A DNA stretch of 64,000 nt from assembly GCA_963699165.1 (NCBI GenBank), contig OY969413.1:532562-596561 (forward strand), given 5' to 3'. This document shows, piece by piece, positions 18,213-26,898 of this stretch. Positions within the stretch are counted from its first letter, which is position 1; each line of letters begins with the position of its first letter. Source of the stretch: Candidatus Kaiserbacteria bacterium. Lineage in GTDB: Bacteria; Patescibacteriota; Minisyncoccia; Phycocordibacterales; Phycocordibacteraceae. The translations under genes and the position numbers were made by a program. Under the pieces are notes generated by a model, which saw nothing but the letters and a program-made list of their open reading frames with translations, was not told the DNA's origin and made no database searches.

Positions 18213-19139
18213 TTAGACCTTCAAGTACCTGCGGATTGCAAGCACCGACGCGACCGCGCCGAGCACGATGCCAGCAATGAGCAATATTCCCGAGATGAGC
18301 AGGAGGTGGCTTGCGTAATAATCGGCAAGATTGAATCCACCGAGCCACGCAGACGTTTTCGCACCGCCATACCACGTGAGCGGCCACAAGAAGAGCAAGA
18401 CAATGAACGCCGCGATGACTCCCGTGATGATGCCGGTCACGATAAACGGCCCTTGAATGTACGCATTGCTCGCGCCGACAAGCCGCATCACGGCGACCTC
18501 CTCTTTGGCGGTGTAAATGGAGAGGCGGATGGTCGCAAAGGCAATGAGAATCGACGCGATTGAGAACAAAATGACGACGGCGAGCCCGATTTCGCGCGTC
18601 GCCTGAATGGCGCTCGTGAGGCGGTCAATGGTCTGCTTGTTTTGTTGGTAATTTATGCGGTCGATGATGGACGTACCGGACGACGAGAGTACCGGCGACG
18701 CCTCGAGAAAACTCACGATGCTTTCGTATTCGGTCGGGTCTTTTGCGCGAATGGAGAGCGATGCGTCGAGCGGGTTGCCGCCGAGTTCGTCGAGCGCTTG
18801 GAGCGTCAGCTGGTCCGCCGCGTGGCGCGAGCGAAATGCCGCGAGTGCGTCCGCCGCGGATGTGTACGAGACGCTCGCAACCTGCGGCAATTTTTCAATT
18901 TGGTTTTGTACGGAGAGAATGTCCTGCTCGCTCGCGCTTGTGACGAAATAGACCGACACGTCGACTTTGTCTTTCAATCCGTTCAGTGTGAACGTAAGCA
19001 ACGCCGAAAGGAAAATGAGCGAGCTGATGATGCCGAGCGTGACCGTCATGATGAGCACGGTCGCGACGGAAACCGCGCCGCCGCGGGCGAAGTTTTTCCA
19101 ACCCGCAACTAGCATTCGTTTGAAAATCATCCAAGTCAT
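18213..19139 (-). CDS. ftsX: Cell-division permease FtsX
   Basis: 4-TM FtsX topology, NPL, MRLVGAS..YI.GPF; downstream of ftsE. Confidence 0.9.
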   Translation of the reverse strand: MTWMIFKRMLVAGWKNFARGGAVSVATVLIMTVTLGIISSLIFLSALLTFTLNGLKDKVDVSVYFVTSASEQDILSVQNQIEKLPQVASVSYTSAADALAAFRSRHAADQLTLQALDELGGNPLDASLSIRAKDPTEYESIVSFLEASPVLSSSGTSIIDRINYQQNKQTIDRLTSAIQATREIGLAVVILFSIASILIAFATIRLSIYTAKEEVAVMRLVGASNAYIQGPFIVTGIITGVIAAFIVLLFLWPLTWYGGAKTSAWLGGFNLADYYASHLLLISGILLIAGIVLGAVASVLAIRRYLKV

Positions 19140-19161
19140 ATGGTGAGTATATCAGCCGGCA

Positions 19162-19839
19162 TCATAAGCTGTACTTCCCGCCCGCATCGTCTCGGACCAG
19201 TTTCCCGCGGTCGATGGTGACGACGCGCTTTCCAATGGCGTCTACGACGCCCTTGTTGTGCGTCGTTATCACGATGGTCGTGCCAAGCTCGTTGATTTTT
19301 TTCAAAATCTCCACAACTTCGAAGGTGTTAATCGGGTCAAGATTTCCGGTCGGCTCGTCCGCGACAATGAGTTCCGGCTGATTGATGATGGCGCGGCCGA
19401 TGGCGATGCGCTGCTTTTCGCCGCCCGAGAGCTGGTCGGGGAAATGCGCCGCCTTGTCGCCCAAGTTTACGAGGTCGAGTATATACGGCACATCGCTCGC
19501 GATTTCTTCGTCGGTGCGGCCGGCCGCCTCCATCGCGAAAGCGATGTTTTCATAGGCGGTTTTGTTCGGTATAAGGCGAAAATCCTGAAAAACCATGCCG
19601 ATTTTGCGGCGATAGTGGTGGAGAGCCGAGCTCGGCAGGTCATTTACGTCTATTGATTCAAAAAAGACATTTCCTTCGCTTGGGCGTTCCTCCGCGAGCA
19701 AGAGTTTCAAAAGCGTCGTCTTGCCTGCGCCCGAGTGGCCGACGATGGTGACGAATTCTTTGGGGGCGACGGAGATGGTCACATCCTCGAGTGCGGCCAT
19801 GTCCCCGTATCGTTTCGTCACCTTGTCGAAATAAATCAT
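19162..19839 (-). CDS. ftsE: Cell-division ATP-binding protein FtsE
   Basis: [34 protein letters not shown]; GAGGAG SD before MIYFD. Confidence 0.93.
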   Translation of the reverse strand: MIYFDKVTKRYGDMAALEDVTISVAPKEFVTIVGHSGAGKTTLLKLLLAEERPSEGNVFFESIDVNDLPSSALHHYRRKIGMVFQDFRLIPNKTAYENIAFAMEAAGRTDEEIASDVPYILDLVNLGDKAAHFPDQLSGGEKQRIAIGRAIINQPELIVADEPTGNLDPINTFEVVEILKKINELGTTIVITTHNKGVVDAIGKRVVTIDRGKLVRDDAGGKYSL

Positions 19840-19933
19840 GTGTCGCTCCTCATTGTACCCCATCTGATTCCTTCCCGTCTATCAAACCGCGTATTCACGC
19901 CCTGCGCGGGTGTGGATAAGCGTTTCCAAGGGC

Positions 19934-20812
19934 CTATTCAGCCCCTGCTTTCGCCGCCGCGTCGATAAACCCGTCCAAATCGCCCTCAAGCACCTTCTCC
20001 GGATTCGAGGATTCAAACTCCGTGCGGTGGTCTTTCACCATTTTGTACGGATGCAAAACGTAGGAGCGGATTTGGCTCCCCCACTCGTTGGCCGTCGTCG
20101 CGGCTATCGAGCGGCCCTTCGCGAGCGCCTCGCGCTCGGCTTCTTCTTTTGCAAAAATTTTCGCCTTCAAAAGCTCAAGAGCCTTCTCGCGGTTCGCGAG
20201 CTGGCTGCGTTCGCTTGAAACGTGCACAGAAAGATTGGTCGGCTTGTGGAGAATGCGCACTGCCGTCTCGCGCTTGTTCACGTTTTGCCCGCCCGCGCCG
20301 CCCGAGCGCGCAAATTGTATTTCAATGTCGTCCGGTTTGAGCGTGACCTTGTCGGCCGCAACAAGCGTCGGCAAAACTTCCACAAGCGCGAAACTCGTCT
20401 GCCGCTTTGCATTTGCATTAAAGGGCGACTGCCGCACAAGCCGATGCACGCCCGCTTCGTGCTTCAGTCGGCCGTACGCGCCGCTTCCAGTGATTTCAAT
20501 CATCACGTTTCGGTACCCGCCTTGGTCGTTCTCATTTGCATGAAGCTCATGCGTGCGCCAACCCTTGAGCGCGGCATACCCCTCGTACATGCGGCGAAGC
20601 ATGCGCGCAAAATCTTCGGCATCGTCGCCGCCCGCGCCCGCAAGTATCGCAAGCGTCGCATTTCCAGAATCATGAGGGTCGCCCGTCCCGCCGTCTTTGA
20701 GCGCCTGATACTCGCTAATGAAGGCCTGCGCCTTGTCTTTGTCCAACCAAAAATCCGGCGATGCCATCATCGCTTCGAGTTCGAGCAACCGCTGTTCCCT
20801 TTTCTCGTCCAT
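19934..20812 (-). CDS. prfB: Peptide chain release factor 2 (short form)
   Basis: [11 protein letters not shown] (SPF), [17 protein letters not shown]; start reassigned to MDEKREQ so it does not overlap the tRNA. Confidence 0.92.
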   Translation of the reverse strand: MDEKREQRLLELEAMMASPDFWLDKDKAQAFISEYQALKDGGTGDPHDSGNATLAILAGAGGDDAEDFARMLRRMYEGYAALKGWRTHELHANENDQGGYRNVMIEITGSGAYGRLKHEAGVHRLVRQSPFNANAKRQTSFALVEVLPTLVAADKVTLKPDDIEIQFARSGGAGGQNVNKRETAVRILHKPTNLSVHVSSERSQLANREKALELLKAKIFAKEEAEREALAKGRSIAATTANEWGSQIRSYVLHPYKMVKDHRTEFESSNPEKVLEGDLDGFIDAAAKAGAE

Positions 20813-20838
20813 ACGGGCGAGTATACCACTGACTATTT

Positions 20839-20914
20839 TGGAGCCACCCCGGAGAATTGAACTCCGGACCTTCTCGTTACGAGTGAGATGCTCTACCAAC
20901 TGAGCTAGGGTGGC
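20839..20914 (-). tRNA. tRNA-Thr(CGT)
   Basis: GCCACCC/GGGTGGC acceptor, loop CTCGTAA, GTTCAATTC, encoded CCA. Confidence 0.95.
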
Positions 20915-20938
20915 ACAACTGCGAACATGAATAAATTA

Positions 20939-21394
20939 TCACGATTTCCGCATTCGGGCGAGGAGTTGACCCTCCTTGGCTCGGTTGCTTGCCGCTCGAA
21001 GAGGTCTTCCATTCCCTTTATTCGAACCTGCAAAAGTTGGGCTCAACGAATCGCAATTCGGGCACACAAGCCGCAGATTCTCTTCCGTATTGTTTTTCCA
21101 ATTCCCGTCGATATGGTCCGCCACGAGCGGCACTTTTCCGGTTTTCGGATTGACTTTTGACCATCCGCAAAAACAGCACTTGTTATCGAATTTCTGGCGC
21201 AAATATCTTTTGACGGAATCAGATACGAGTCCGATGGAATTCAAACCGGAAATTTTTCCCTCTTTCCACTCCTTGATGTAGGTCTGGTACTGAAATTCGT
21301 GCTGGCATGCGTTACTGCAATATGTATAAATTGCTCGCGCTGGTTCTTTTTTGCAAACGGGACATTTTGTCCTCGGCTTCTTCGGATTCGGCAT
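20939..21394 (-). CDS. HNH endonuclease with Zn-binding motifs
   Basis: CPVC, YCSNAC, CCFCG, DHIDGN..NN...NLRLVCPNC. Confidence 0.88.
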   Translation of the reverse strand: MPNPKKPRTKCPVCKKEPARAIYTYCSNACQHEFQYQTYIKEWKEGKISGLNSIGLVSDSVKRYLRQKFDNKCCFCGWSKVNPKTGKVPLVADHIDGNWKNNTEENLRLVCPNCDSLSPTFAGSNKGNGRPLRAASNRAKEGQLLARMRKS

Positions 21395-21571
21395 ATGCCT
21401 AATTATATCGCAAATGCAGACCAATTTGCATAAATACAATTGGTCGCATGTTGATAACGTGCGGCAACCCCAACTTCCTTCCATTTTATTCCAGTCACAC
21501 AATCGCGTTCTGGAAAAGTCTGACGACCAGTAATGGGAGCGCTCTGCGCAAGGTCATTCACAATCGACCAA

Positions 21572-21596
21572 ACCGGCGGCGCGTAGCGCCGCCGGT
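21572..21596. repeat. REP-like palindrome, copy 1
   Basis: accggcggcgc-gta-gcgccgccggt. Confidence 0.75.
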
Positions 21597-21684
21597 GCAG
21601 GTATAAATGCTTTCAAAATACAAGTATTTGTTGTATGGTGCGAAACAGAAGAACTGCACCGCCTTGCACAGGAGAGCATCCATC

Positions 21685-21933
21685 GTGATACCTCGGCCCA
21701 TTACCGATCCAGGCAAACTTTCGGAGCGCGACCGGCGAACCCTCGAGGTGCTTGATAAAAACTTCAACGCCGAGCTTCTCAGTCCGTCGGTCGGGAAGAT
21801 TCCGGTACGGTTGCGTTGTTCGAGTCGGCTTTCAAAGGCTGCGTCCGAAGCCTTGCTGGTCAAAATCGTTAGGCACCTGAGGGAAGGTCTTTTCCCAAAG
21901 ATCGAAACCCTTGTGGTGCTGTATTACGTCTAG
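21685..21933 (+). CDS. Hypothetical protein
   Basis: GTG start after AGGAG; sits between two REP-like palindromes. Confidence 0.4.
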   Translation: MIPRPITDPGKLSERDRRTLEVLDKNFNAELLSPSVGKIPVRLRCSSRLSKAASEALLVKIVRHLREGLFPKIETLVVLYYV

Positions 21934-22045
21934 CATTCCACCGCACGTCCGCTTACGAACCGTATCAGGATTAATCCCCCTGCTACGGTTCTTCGTTTAT
22001 ATAAGGTCGGCTCGAAGAGTCTGTACGAATTGCTCGGCGTCCATT

Positions 22046-22079
22046 CCAAAGACGGGCGGCGCGAAGCGCCGCCGGTGCA
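22046..22079. repeat. REP-like palindrome, copy 2
   Basis: ccaaagacgggcggcgc-gaa-gcgccgccggtgca. Confidence 0.75.
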
Positions 22080-22232
22080 TTTGCCCTGCATTAAAATCGC
22101 CCCGCTTTCGCCCGTGTGGATATCATTGATTTTTCATCCGAATCCGCTATAGTGTCAGTATCACCACGGGAAAGACCCCTGTACGGATACGTCCGCACCG
22201 GGGGCTTTTTTATTTTGGAATTAAAATGCAAC

Positions 22233-22269
22233 ACGGGCGGCGCTTCGCGCCGGCTGGGTTGGGTTTGTA
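22233..22269. repeat. REP-like palindrome, copy 3
   Basis: cgggcggcgc-ttc-gcgccggctgggttgggtttgta; imperfect direct repeat of copy 4. Confidence 0.7.
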
Positions 22270-22278
22270 CAAATTCGC

Positions 22279-23166
22279 TCAGTCGCCAGTTTCTTCGACA
22301 CCTATTTTCCACACACCCTTTTCAAGAAACGCCTCGATCGTTTGCCGAGTTGCTTTGTTAATCAAATTTGGGTGCGAAAGTTTTTTGCTTTTAGCGTATG
22401 CAACAAGCGGAATGATTTTTTTGCCCTCCAGATACGCTAACCGCTTGTGATAGCTGTTGGTAAGCGCTTTTGCAACAATTTCTTCCATGACCGCGGTCTC
22501 GCCTTTCGCATCAAATTCCTTAAAGGCCGCGTAGTATTTTACGCGGTCAACGACTTTAATATTTATCGGAACAAACCCTTCTCGAATCAGCAAATAATTA
22601 TTGAGAACGCGGCCAATACGGCCGTTGCCGTCTATAAACGGGTGCGTATATTCAAAAGCCAAATGCAGTCTCGCAATGCGTTTGACGATGCTTTCATGGC
22701 TCGCAGAATTATACTCGGCAAGCATCTTTTGGAGCCGTCCCTGAATTTCTTGCGGGGCCGGTGCGATGTGGCTCCCGACGCGAACGTACTCGTTTTCCTT
22801 TCTAAATCGTCCGGCAATATCGTCGCGAATGTTCGCGATAAGCATTTTGTGAAGCGACAGAATAACATCGAGCGACAGCTCCTGCTCTTTCGCCTTATTG
22901 TCTATGTATGCCACAACCCGTGCGAGATTTTTTGCCTCAAAAATCTCCCGTTCGCTGATGAACCTGTCGAGGTCAATCTGGAGGAGAATTTTTTCAGTTT
23001 CCTCAAGCGTAAGGGTGCTGTTTTCAATGGCGTTTGAGTTGTATACCTGATCGGCGATTTCCGCTTCGCTGATAAGCGAAATAAGCGCCTCCTTGCCGGT
23101 AGAAGCTTTGTAGTATCTCTCGCGAAGCGCGTTGATTTTATTGAAGACCGCCGGTGTCTTTGCCAT
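22279..23166 (-). CDS. Fic-family protein with C-terminal HTH-like domain
   Basis: SNAIENS, HPFIDGNGRIGR. Confidence 0.92.
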   Translation of the reverse strand: MAKTPAVFNKINALRERYYKASTGKEALISLISEAEIADQVYNSNAIENSTLTLEETEKILLQIDLDRFISEREIFEAKNLARVVAYIDNKAKEQELSLDVILSLHKMLIANIRDDIAGRFRKENEYVRVGSHIAPAPQEIQGRLQKMLAEYNSASHESIVKRIARLHLAFEYTHPFIDGNGRIGRVLNNYLLIREGFVPINIKVVDRVKYYAAFKEFDAKGETAVMEEIVAKALTNSYHKRLAYLEGKKIIPLVAYAKSKKLSHPNLINKATRQTIEAFLEKGVWKIGVEETGD

Positions 23167-23431
23167 TAACTCCAAGTATAGTCGTTTTCACTGTTTTGTC
23201 AACATAACCGTGAAAATATCGATATTTTTACGATTTTTCACGTTTATGACCGCATATCGAGCGAGAAAACCATGTTTTACATCGATTTTCTTTGTTAACT
23301 TCCACGCATGGATAAGGTTAACAATTGTTAACCTGTAAATTTTGCAGGATTACAACCTCCCACAGCAAGAGCAGGGGTCAGACGTGAAGCTCCTTTGGGT
23401 CCGTGCAACGGAAAATTGATATACTTAACTC

Positions 23432-24082
23432 ATGAAAAAGTTTGCCCTCGCTGCGGCTGTGGTAGTGCTCGCCGCCGCAGGCGCGCTGTATTTGTTTATT
23501 GCCAATTCTTCGAAGCCCCAACCCGACGGTATGTTTTCAGCAACCTATGTACCGAGCGGATGGACGACACAGGGTGACTCCGCCACATCTGCGATTGTCA
23601 CGGCGTTCATATCGCCCGATTACCTTCTGGAAAATCCAGCGGTGGTGGAAGATTGCTCCGGCACCGCTTCCGACGGCGGCTCAAGCGAGGGTTGCGTCAT
23701 GAATGCCAATGAACAAGTTTTGGGGAGAGGCGCATATTTAGCGGTGGCCTACGACCCGTGCATTGCCGGAGACGTGACAGAGGCCCAGTTTAGGAAAAGA
23801 GAGCTCGAGAACAGCAAAGACTTACAAGGTTTGGTGGACCAAAAGCCAATCGTCATCGCGGGACATAAAGCGGTTTTGTTCCACACGCGAAATCTCACAA
23901 ATACGACGCATCCTGCGATGGAAGACAACTACCACTTTACGGTTGTTTCATCGGTGAAAAAATCCTTTTGCCAAGACGTTAACTTTGGTTTTGTAGAGTC
24001 TACGACAACAGACTATGGCGCAGAATACGAGAAATTTATCGACGGCCTGCGGTTTACGCCTGATAAAAGTGCAGAGCAATAG
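23432..24082 (+). CDS. Secreted or membrane-anchored hypothetical protein
   Basis: N-terminal signal/TM helix, four Cys. Confidence 0.7.
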   Translation: MKKFALAAAVVVLAAAGALYLFIANSSKPQPDGMFSATYVPSGWTTQGDSATSAIVTAFISPDYLLENPAVVEDCSGTASDGGSSEGCVMNANEQVLGRGAYLAVAYDPCIAGDVTEAQFRKRELENSKDLQGLVDQKPIVIAGHKAVLFHTRNLTNTTHPAMEDNYHFTVVSSVKKSFCQDVNFGFVESTTTDYGAEYEKFIDGLRFTPDKSAEQ

Positions 24083-24110
24083 AAGGATTTAAAGTGGAAT
24101 TGAGAATATA

Positions 24111-24153
24111 CCAAAGCGGGCGGCGCTTCGCGCCGCCCGCTTTGGGCTTTGTA
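24111..24153. repeat. REP-like palindrome, copy 4
   Basis: ccaaagcgggcggcgc-ttc-gcgccgcccgctttgg, 16-bp stem. Confidence 0.8.
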
Positions 24154-24214
24154 TTTTCTTCCTGACCCAGTAGGTCATTCTGCTGAATGACCACGTAGGT
24201 CACATTACTAAGTG

Positions 24215-24475
24215 AGCCGAGAGTCGGGATTGAACCGACGACCCCGTCCTTCGCTTTCACCTCCCCTTTCGATATACGGGAGGGCTAGACTGTATCTTTG
24301 TCCCACCAAATGCGGGAGACCCTTGTCAGTCGTTCGGGCGCATTTGATTGCGCCACGGTCTTGTCCACGATGTGGATATTAACCGTTATTCGGGATTCAC
24401 TGTTCCGTCGCTGGAACAGTGGGCAGGGGTTTGCGACCCACCATGGACGTGCTCTACCAACTGAGCTATCTCGGC
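24215..24475 (-). tRNA. tRNA-Thr(GGT), intron-containing (exon 1 24475-24440, exon 2 24251-24215)
   Basis: Spliced: GCCGAGA TA GCTC AGTTGGTA GAGC A CGTCC ATGGT|AA GGACG GGGTC GTCGG TTCAATC CCGAC TCTCGGC T, a complete cloverleaf. Confidence 0.92.
24252..24439 (-). ncRNA. Group I self-splicing intron (188 nt)
   Basis: Follows exon U, ends in G; P2 cactgttcc/ggaacagtg, P4 acggtt/gaccgt, P5 tccac/gtgga, P6 ggcgca/tgcgcc, P7 gactg/cagtc with AAGATA J8/7, P8 tcccgc/gtggga, P9 cctcccc/ggggagg. Confidence 0.88.
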
Positions 24476-24583
24476 CTAACGCCCGAACATTCGGCTTCCG
24501 AATGTTTTAGGGGTTAACGCACTGTCGCAGTGTAGCCGAAATCAGCCATTCTTTCAATTTTTGAAATCGGTTATACTGCCCAC

Positions 24584-24937
24584 ATGGAAGGACTCACCAA
24601 TTACCAGAAGGAGGAACGCCCGTGGGGTGATTTTGAACGATTTACGCTCAACGAAAAGACGACAGTGAAAATCATCACCGTGAAAGCGGGCGAAGAATTT
24701 AGTTTGCAAACGCACGAGCATCGCGACGAGTTTTGGCGCGTCGTGAAGGGTTCCGGCATCGTCCGCATCGGCGAGACGGAACACGATGCGAAAGAAGGCG
24801 ATGCTTTTTATAGTCCGCGCCATACCGAACACCGCGTCCACGGCGGTCCCGAAGGAATCTCATTTCTTGAAATAGCATTCGGCGAATTCGACGAAAACGA
24901 CATCAAACGCCTCGAAGACAAATACGGCAGGGCGTAA
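24584..24937 (+). CDS. Cupin, mannose-6-phosphate isomerase type II C-terminal-like
   Basis: ERPWG, SLQTHEHRDEFW, DI.RLEDKYGR. Confidence 0.88.
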   Translation: MEGLTNYQKEERPWGDFERFTLNEKTTVKIITVKAGEEFSLQTHEHRDEFWRVVKGSGIVRIGETEHDAKEGDAFYSPRHTEHRVHGGPEGISFLEIAFGEFDENDIKRLEDKYGRA

Positions 24938-26191
24938 TTACTCGTACCGCAGAGCGTCGATAGGATTTTTCTTTCCGGCTTTGCGCGCCGGATAAATGCC
25001 GAAGACGATGCCGGCGAGTCCCGACACGCCGAGACCGAGAATGACGGAGGAAATCGGAAATGCAAACGTCCATCCAAGCGACGGATTAAACGCATTGATG
25101 CCGAGATAGGCCGCGCCGACAACGAGCGCGCCAAAAGCGATGCCGATAACTCCGCCCGAAAACGTAAGCAACACCGATTCGATGAGGAATTGCTGGAGGA
25201 TATCGTTGTCGGTCGCGCCGACGGCTTTGCGCAGGCCGATTTCGCGCGTCCGCTCCGTGACCGAGACGAGCATGATATTCATGATGCCGATGCCGCCGAC
25301 AACGAGCGAGATGGATGCGATGGCGGCAAGAAACATCGTGAGCACCGACGTGATGGTGCCGAGAATGGAAAGAATGTCGGCCTGCGTCTGAATGGTGAAA
25401 TCGTCCTTGGTCGGATCGGTGATGCCGTGACTATTTTGCAGGATGAAGCTGATGCGCGATTTTACGAAATTAATATCGTAGTTTGCATTTGCCTGCACGA
25501 CGATGACATTGAAATAGGTGATGCCGAGCAGCTGTTTTTGCGCGACGGTTATCGGCATCACGACGATGTTCCCGATGTCAACGCCGAACGCTCCCGTGCC
25601 GCCCTTGGCCAGCACGCCGACAACGCGAAAGGATTCATTTTTCAGACGGATAAGCTTGTTTATCGGGTCAACGTTCGGACCGAACAGAGTTTTCGCGAGA
25701 TCGGGACCGATGACCACGACATGGTTCGCCGAATCGACGTCGCCTTTCGTAAAGGTCTGTCCGGTCGACACCTTTGCCAGATTGCTGACGACGTAGAAGT
25801 CCGCCGTGCTTCCGGTATAGCTCACCGTTTTTGTGGTATTGCCGTACACGACATCCGCCTGTCCGCGGACTTCCGGCACGGCGTAGTCGATGGTCGGGTC
25901 GCGCGAGAGCGAATCTACATCCTGCTGTTTCAAGCTGGCAATGATAATGCCCTGCGACGAAGCCGGCGCGGAAAGTCCCCCGCCGCTCGGTGCGCCCGGC
26001 ACGATAACGATGAGGTTGGAACCGACGCTTTGCACCTGCCCGAGAATGAGGTTCTGCGCCGACTGCCCTATCGACATCAAAATAATCACCGACGCGATGC
26101 CGATGACGACGCCGAGCATCGTCAAAATCGAACGCATTTTCCCGTGCGTTAAGCTTCTGGTTGCCGTTTTGAATGCATCGCGGAATAGCAT
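24938..26191 (-). CDS. MacB-like ABC permease
   Basis: RS.LTMLGVVIG, SLVVGGIGIMNIMLVSVTERTREIG, PIDALRYE. Confidence 0.93.
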   Translation of the reverse strand: MLFRDAFKTATRSLTHGKMRSILTMLGVVIGIASVIILMSIGQSAQNLILGQVQSVGSNLIVIVPGAPSGGGLSAPASSQGIIIASLKQQDVDSLSRDPTIDYAVPEVRGQADVVYGNTTKTVSYTGSTADFYVVSNLAKVSTGQTFTKGDVDSANHVVVIGPDLAKTLFGPNVDPINKLIRLKNESFRVVGVLAKGGTGAFGVDIGNIVVMPITVAQKQLLGITYFNVIVVQANANYDINFVKSRISFILQNSHGITDPTKDDFTIQTQADILSILGTITSVLTMFLAAIASISLVVGGIGIMNIMLVSVTERTREIGLRKAVGATDNDILQQFLIESVLLTFSGGVIGIAFGALVVGAAYLGINAFNPSLGWTFAFPISSVILGLGVSGLAGIVFGIYPARKAGKKNPIDALRYE

Positions 26192-26193
26192 GA

Positions 26194-26898
26194 TTATTTA
26201 AGCGGACCGTGCAGACGGTGCGAGGTGATTGCCTGATCGCTTTCCTTCAAACCGTCGCGCATGCGGATGATGCGGTTCGCAAACTCGGCGGTCTGCGTCT
26301 CGTGCGTTACGAGAATGATGGTGCGGCCCTTTTCGTGAAGCGATTTGAGTATTTCCATAATTTGCAGACCGGACTGCGAATCAAGGTTGCCGGTCGGTTC
26401 ATCGGCAAAGATGACATTCGGGTCCGTCACAAGAGCGCGCGCTATGGCCACGCGCTGTTTTTGTCCGCCGGAAAGTTTCCCCGCTTCGGTATGTAGTTTT
26501 TCGCCGAGACCGACCGAGCGAACGGCTTCTTCAACAAATGTTCGCCGCTTCGCAGGCGCAACGGTGGAATACAGAAGCGGCACTTCCACATTGTCATACA
26601 CCGTCAAGCGCGACAGCAGGTTGAACGATTGAAAGACGAAGCCCATGTCTTTGTTGCGGACATGCGCGAGCTCGTGGTCGGTCATATCGTCGATACTTTT
26701 CCCCTGAAACTTGTACGAACCGCCCGTCGGTCGGTCGAGGAAGCTTAATATCTGCAGAAGCGTGGACTTCCCCGATCCGGATGGCCCCATGATTGAAACA
26801 AACTCGCCCTTGTCTATCGTGAACGTCACTCCCCGAAGCGCAAGCGTCGGCGTTTCTTCATCGACGTATTCTTTTTTTAGGTCGTTTACTTCAATCAT
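26194..26898 (-). CDS. MacB/LolD-like ABC ATP-binding protein
   Basis: [34 protein letters not shown]. Confidence 0.93.
   Translation of the reverse strand: MIEVNDLKKEYVDEETPTLALRGVTFTIDKGEFVSIMGPSGSGKSTLLQILSFLDRPTGGSYKFQGKSIDDMTDHELAHVRNKDMGFVFQSFNLLSRLTVYDNVEVPLLYSTVAPAKRRTFVEEAVRSVGLGEKLHTEAGKLSGGQKQRVAIARALVTDPNVIFADEPTGNLDSQSGLQIMEILKSLHEKGRTIILVTHETQTAEFANRIIRMRDGLKESDQAITSHRLHGPLK

Noticed and set aside
21572-24153. CRISPR array or integron attC array
   Set aside because: Spacing is irregular (150-1900 bp), orientation is mixed, there are no cas or intI genes, and no RYYYAAC/GTTRRRY cores were seen
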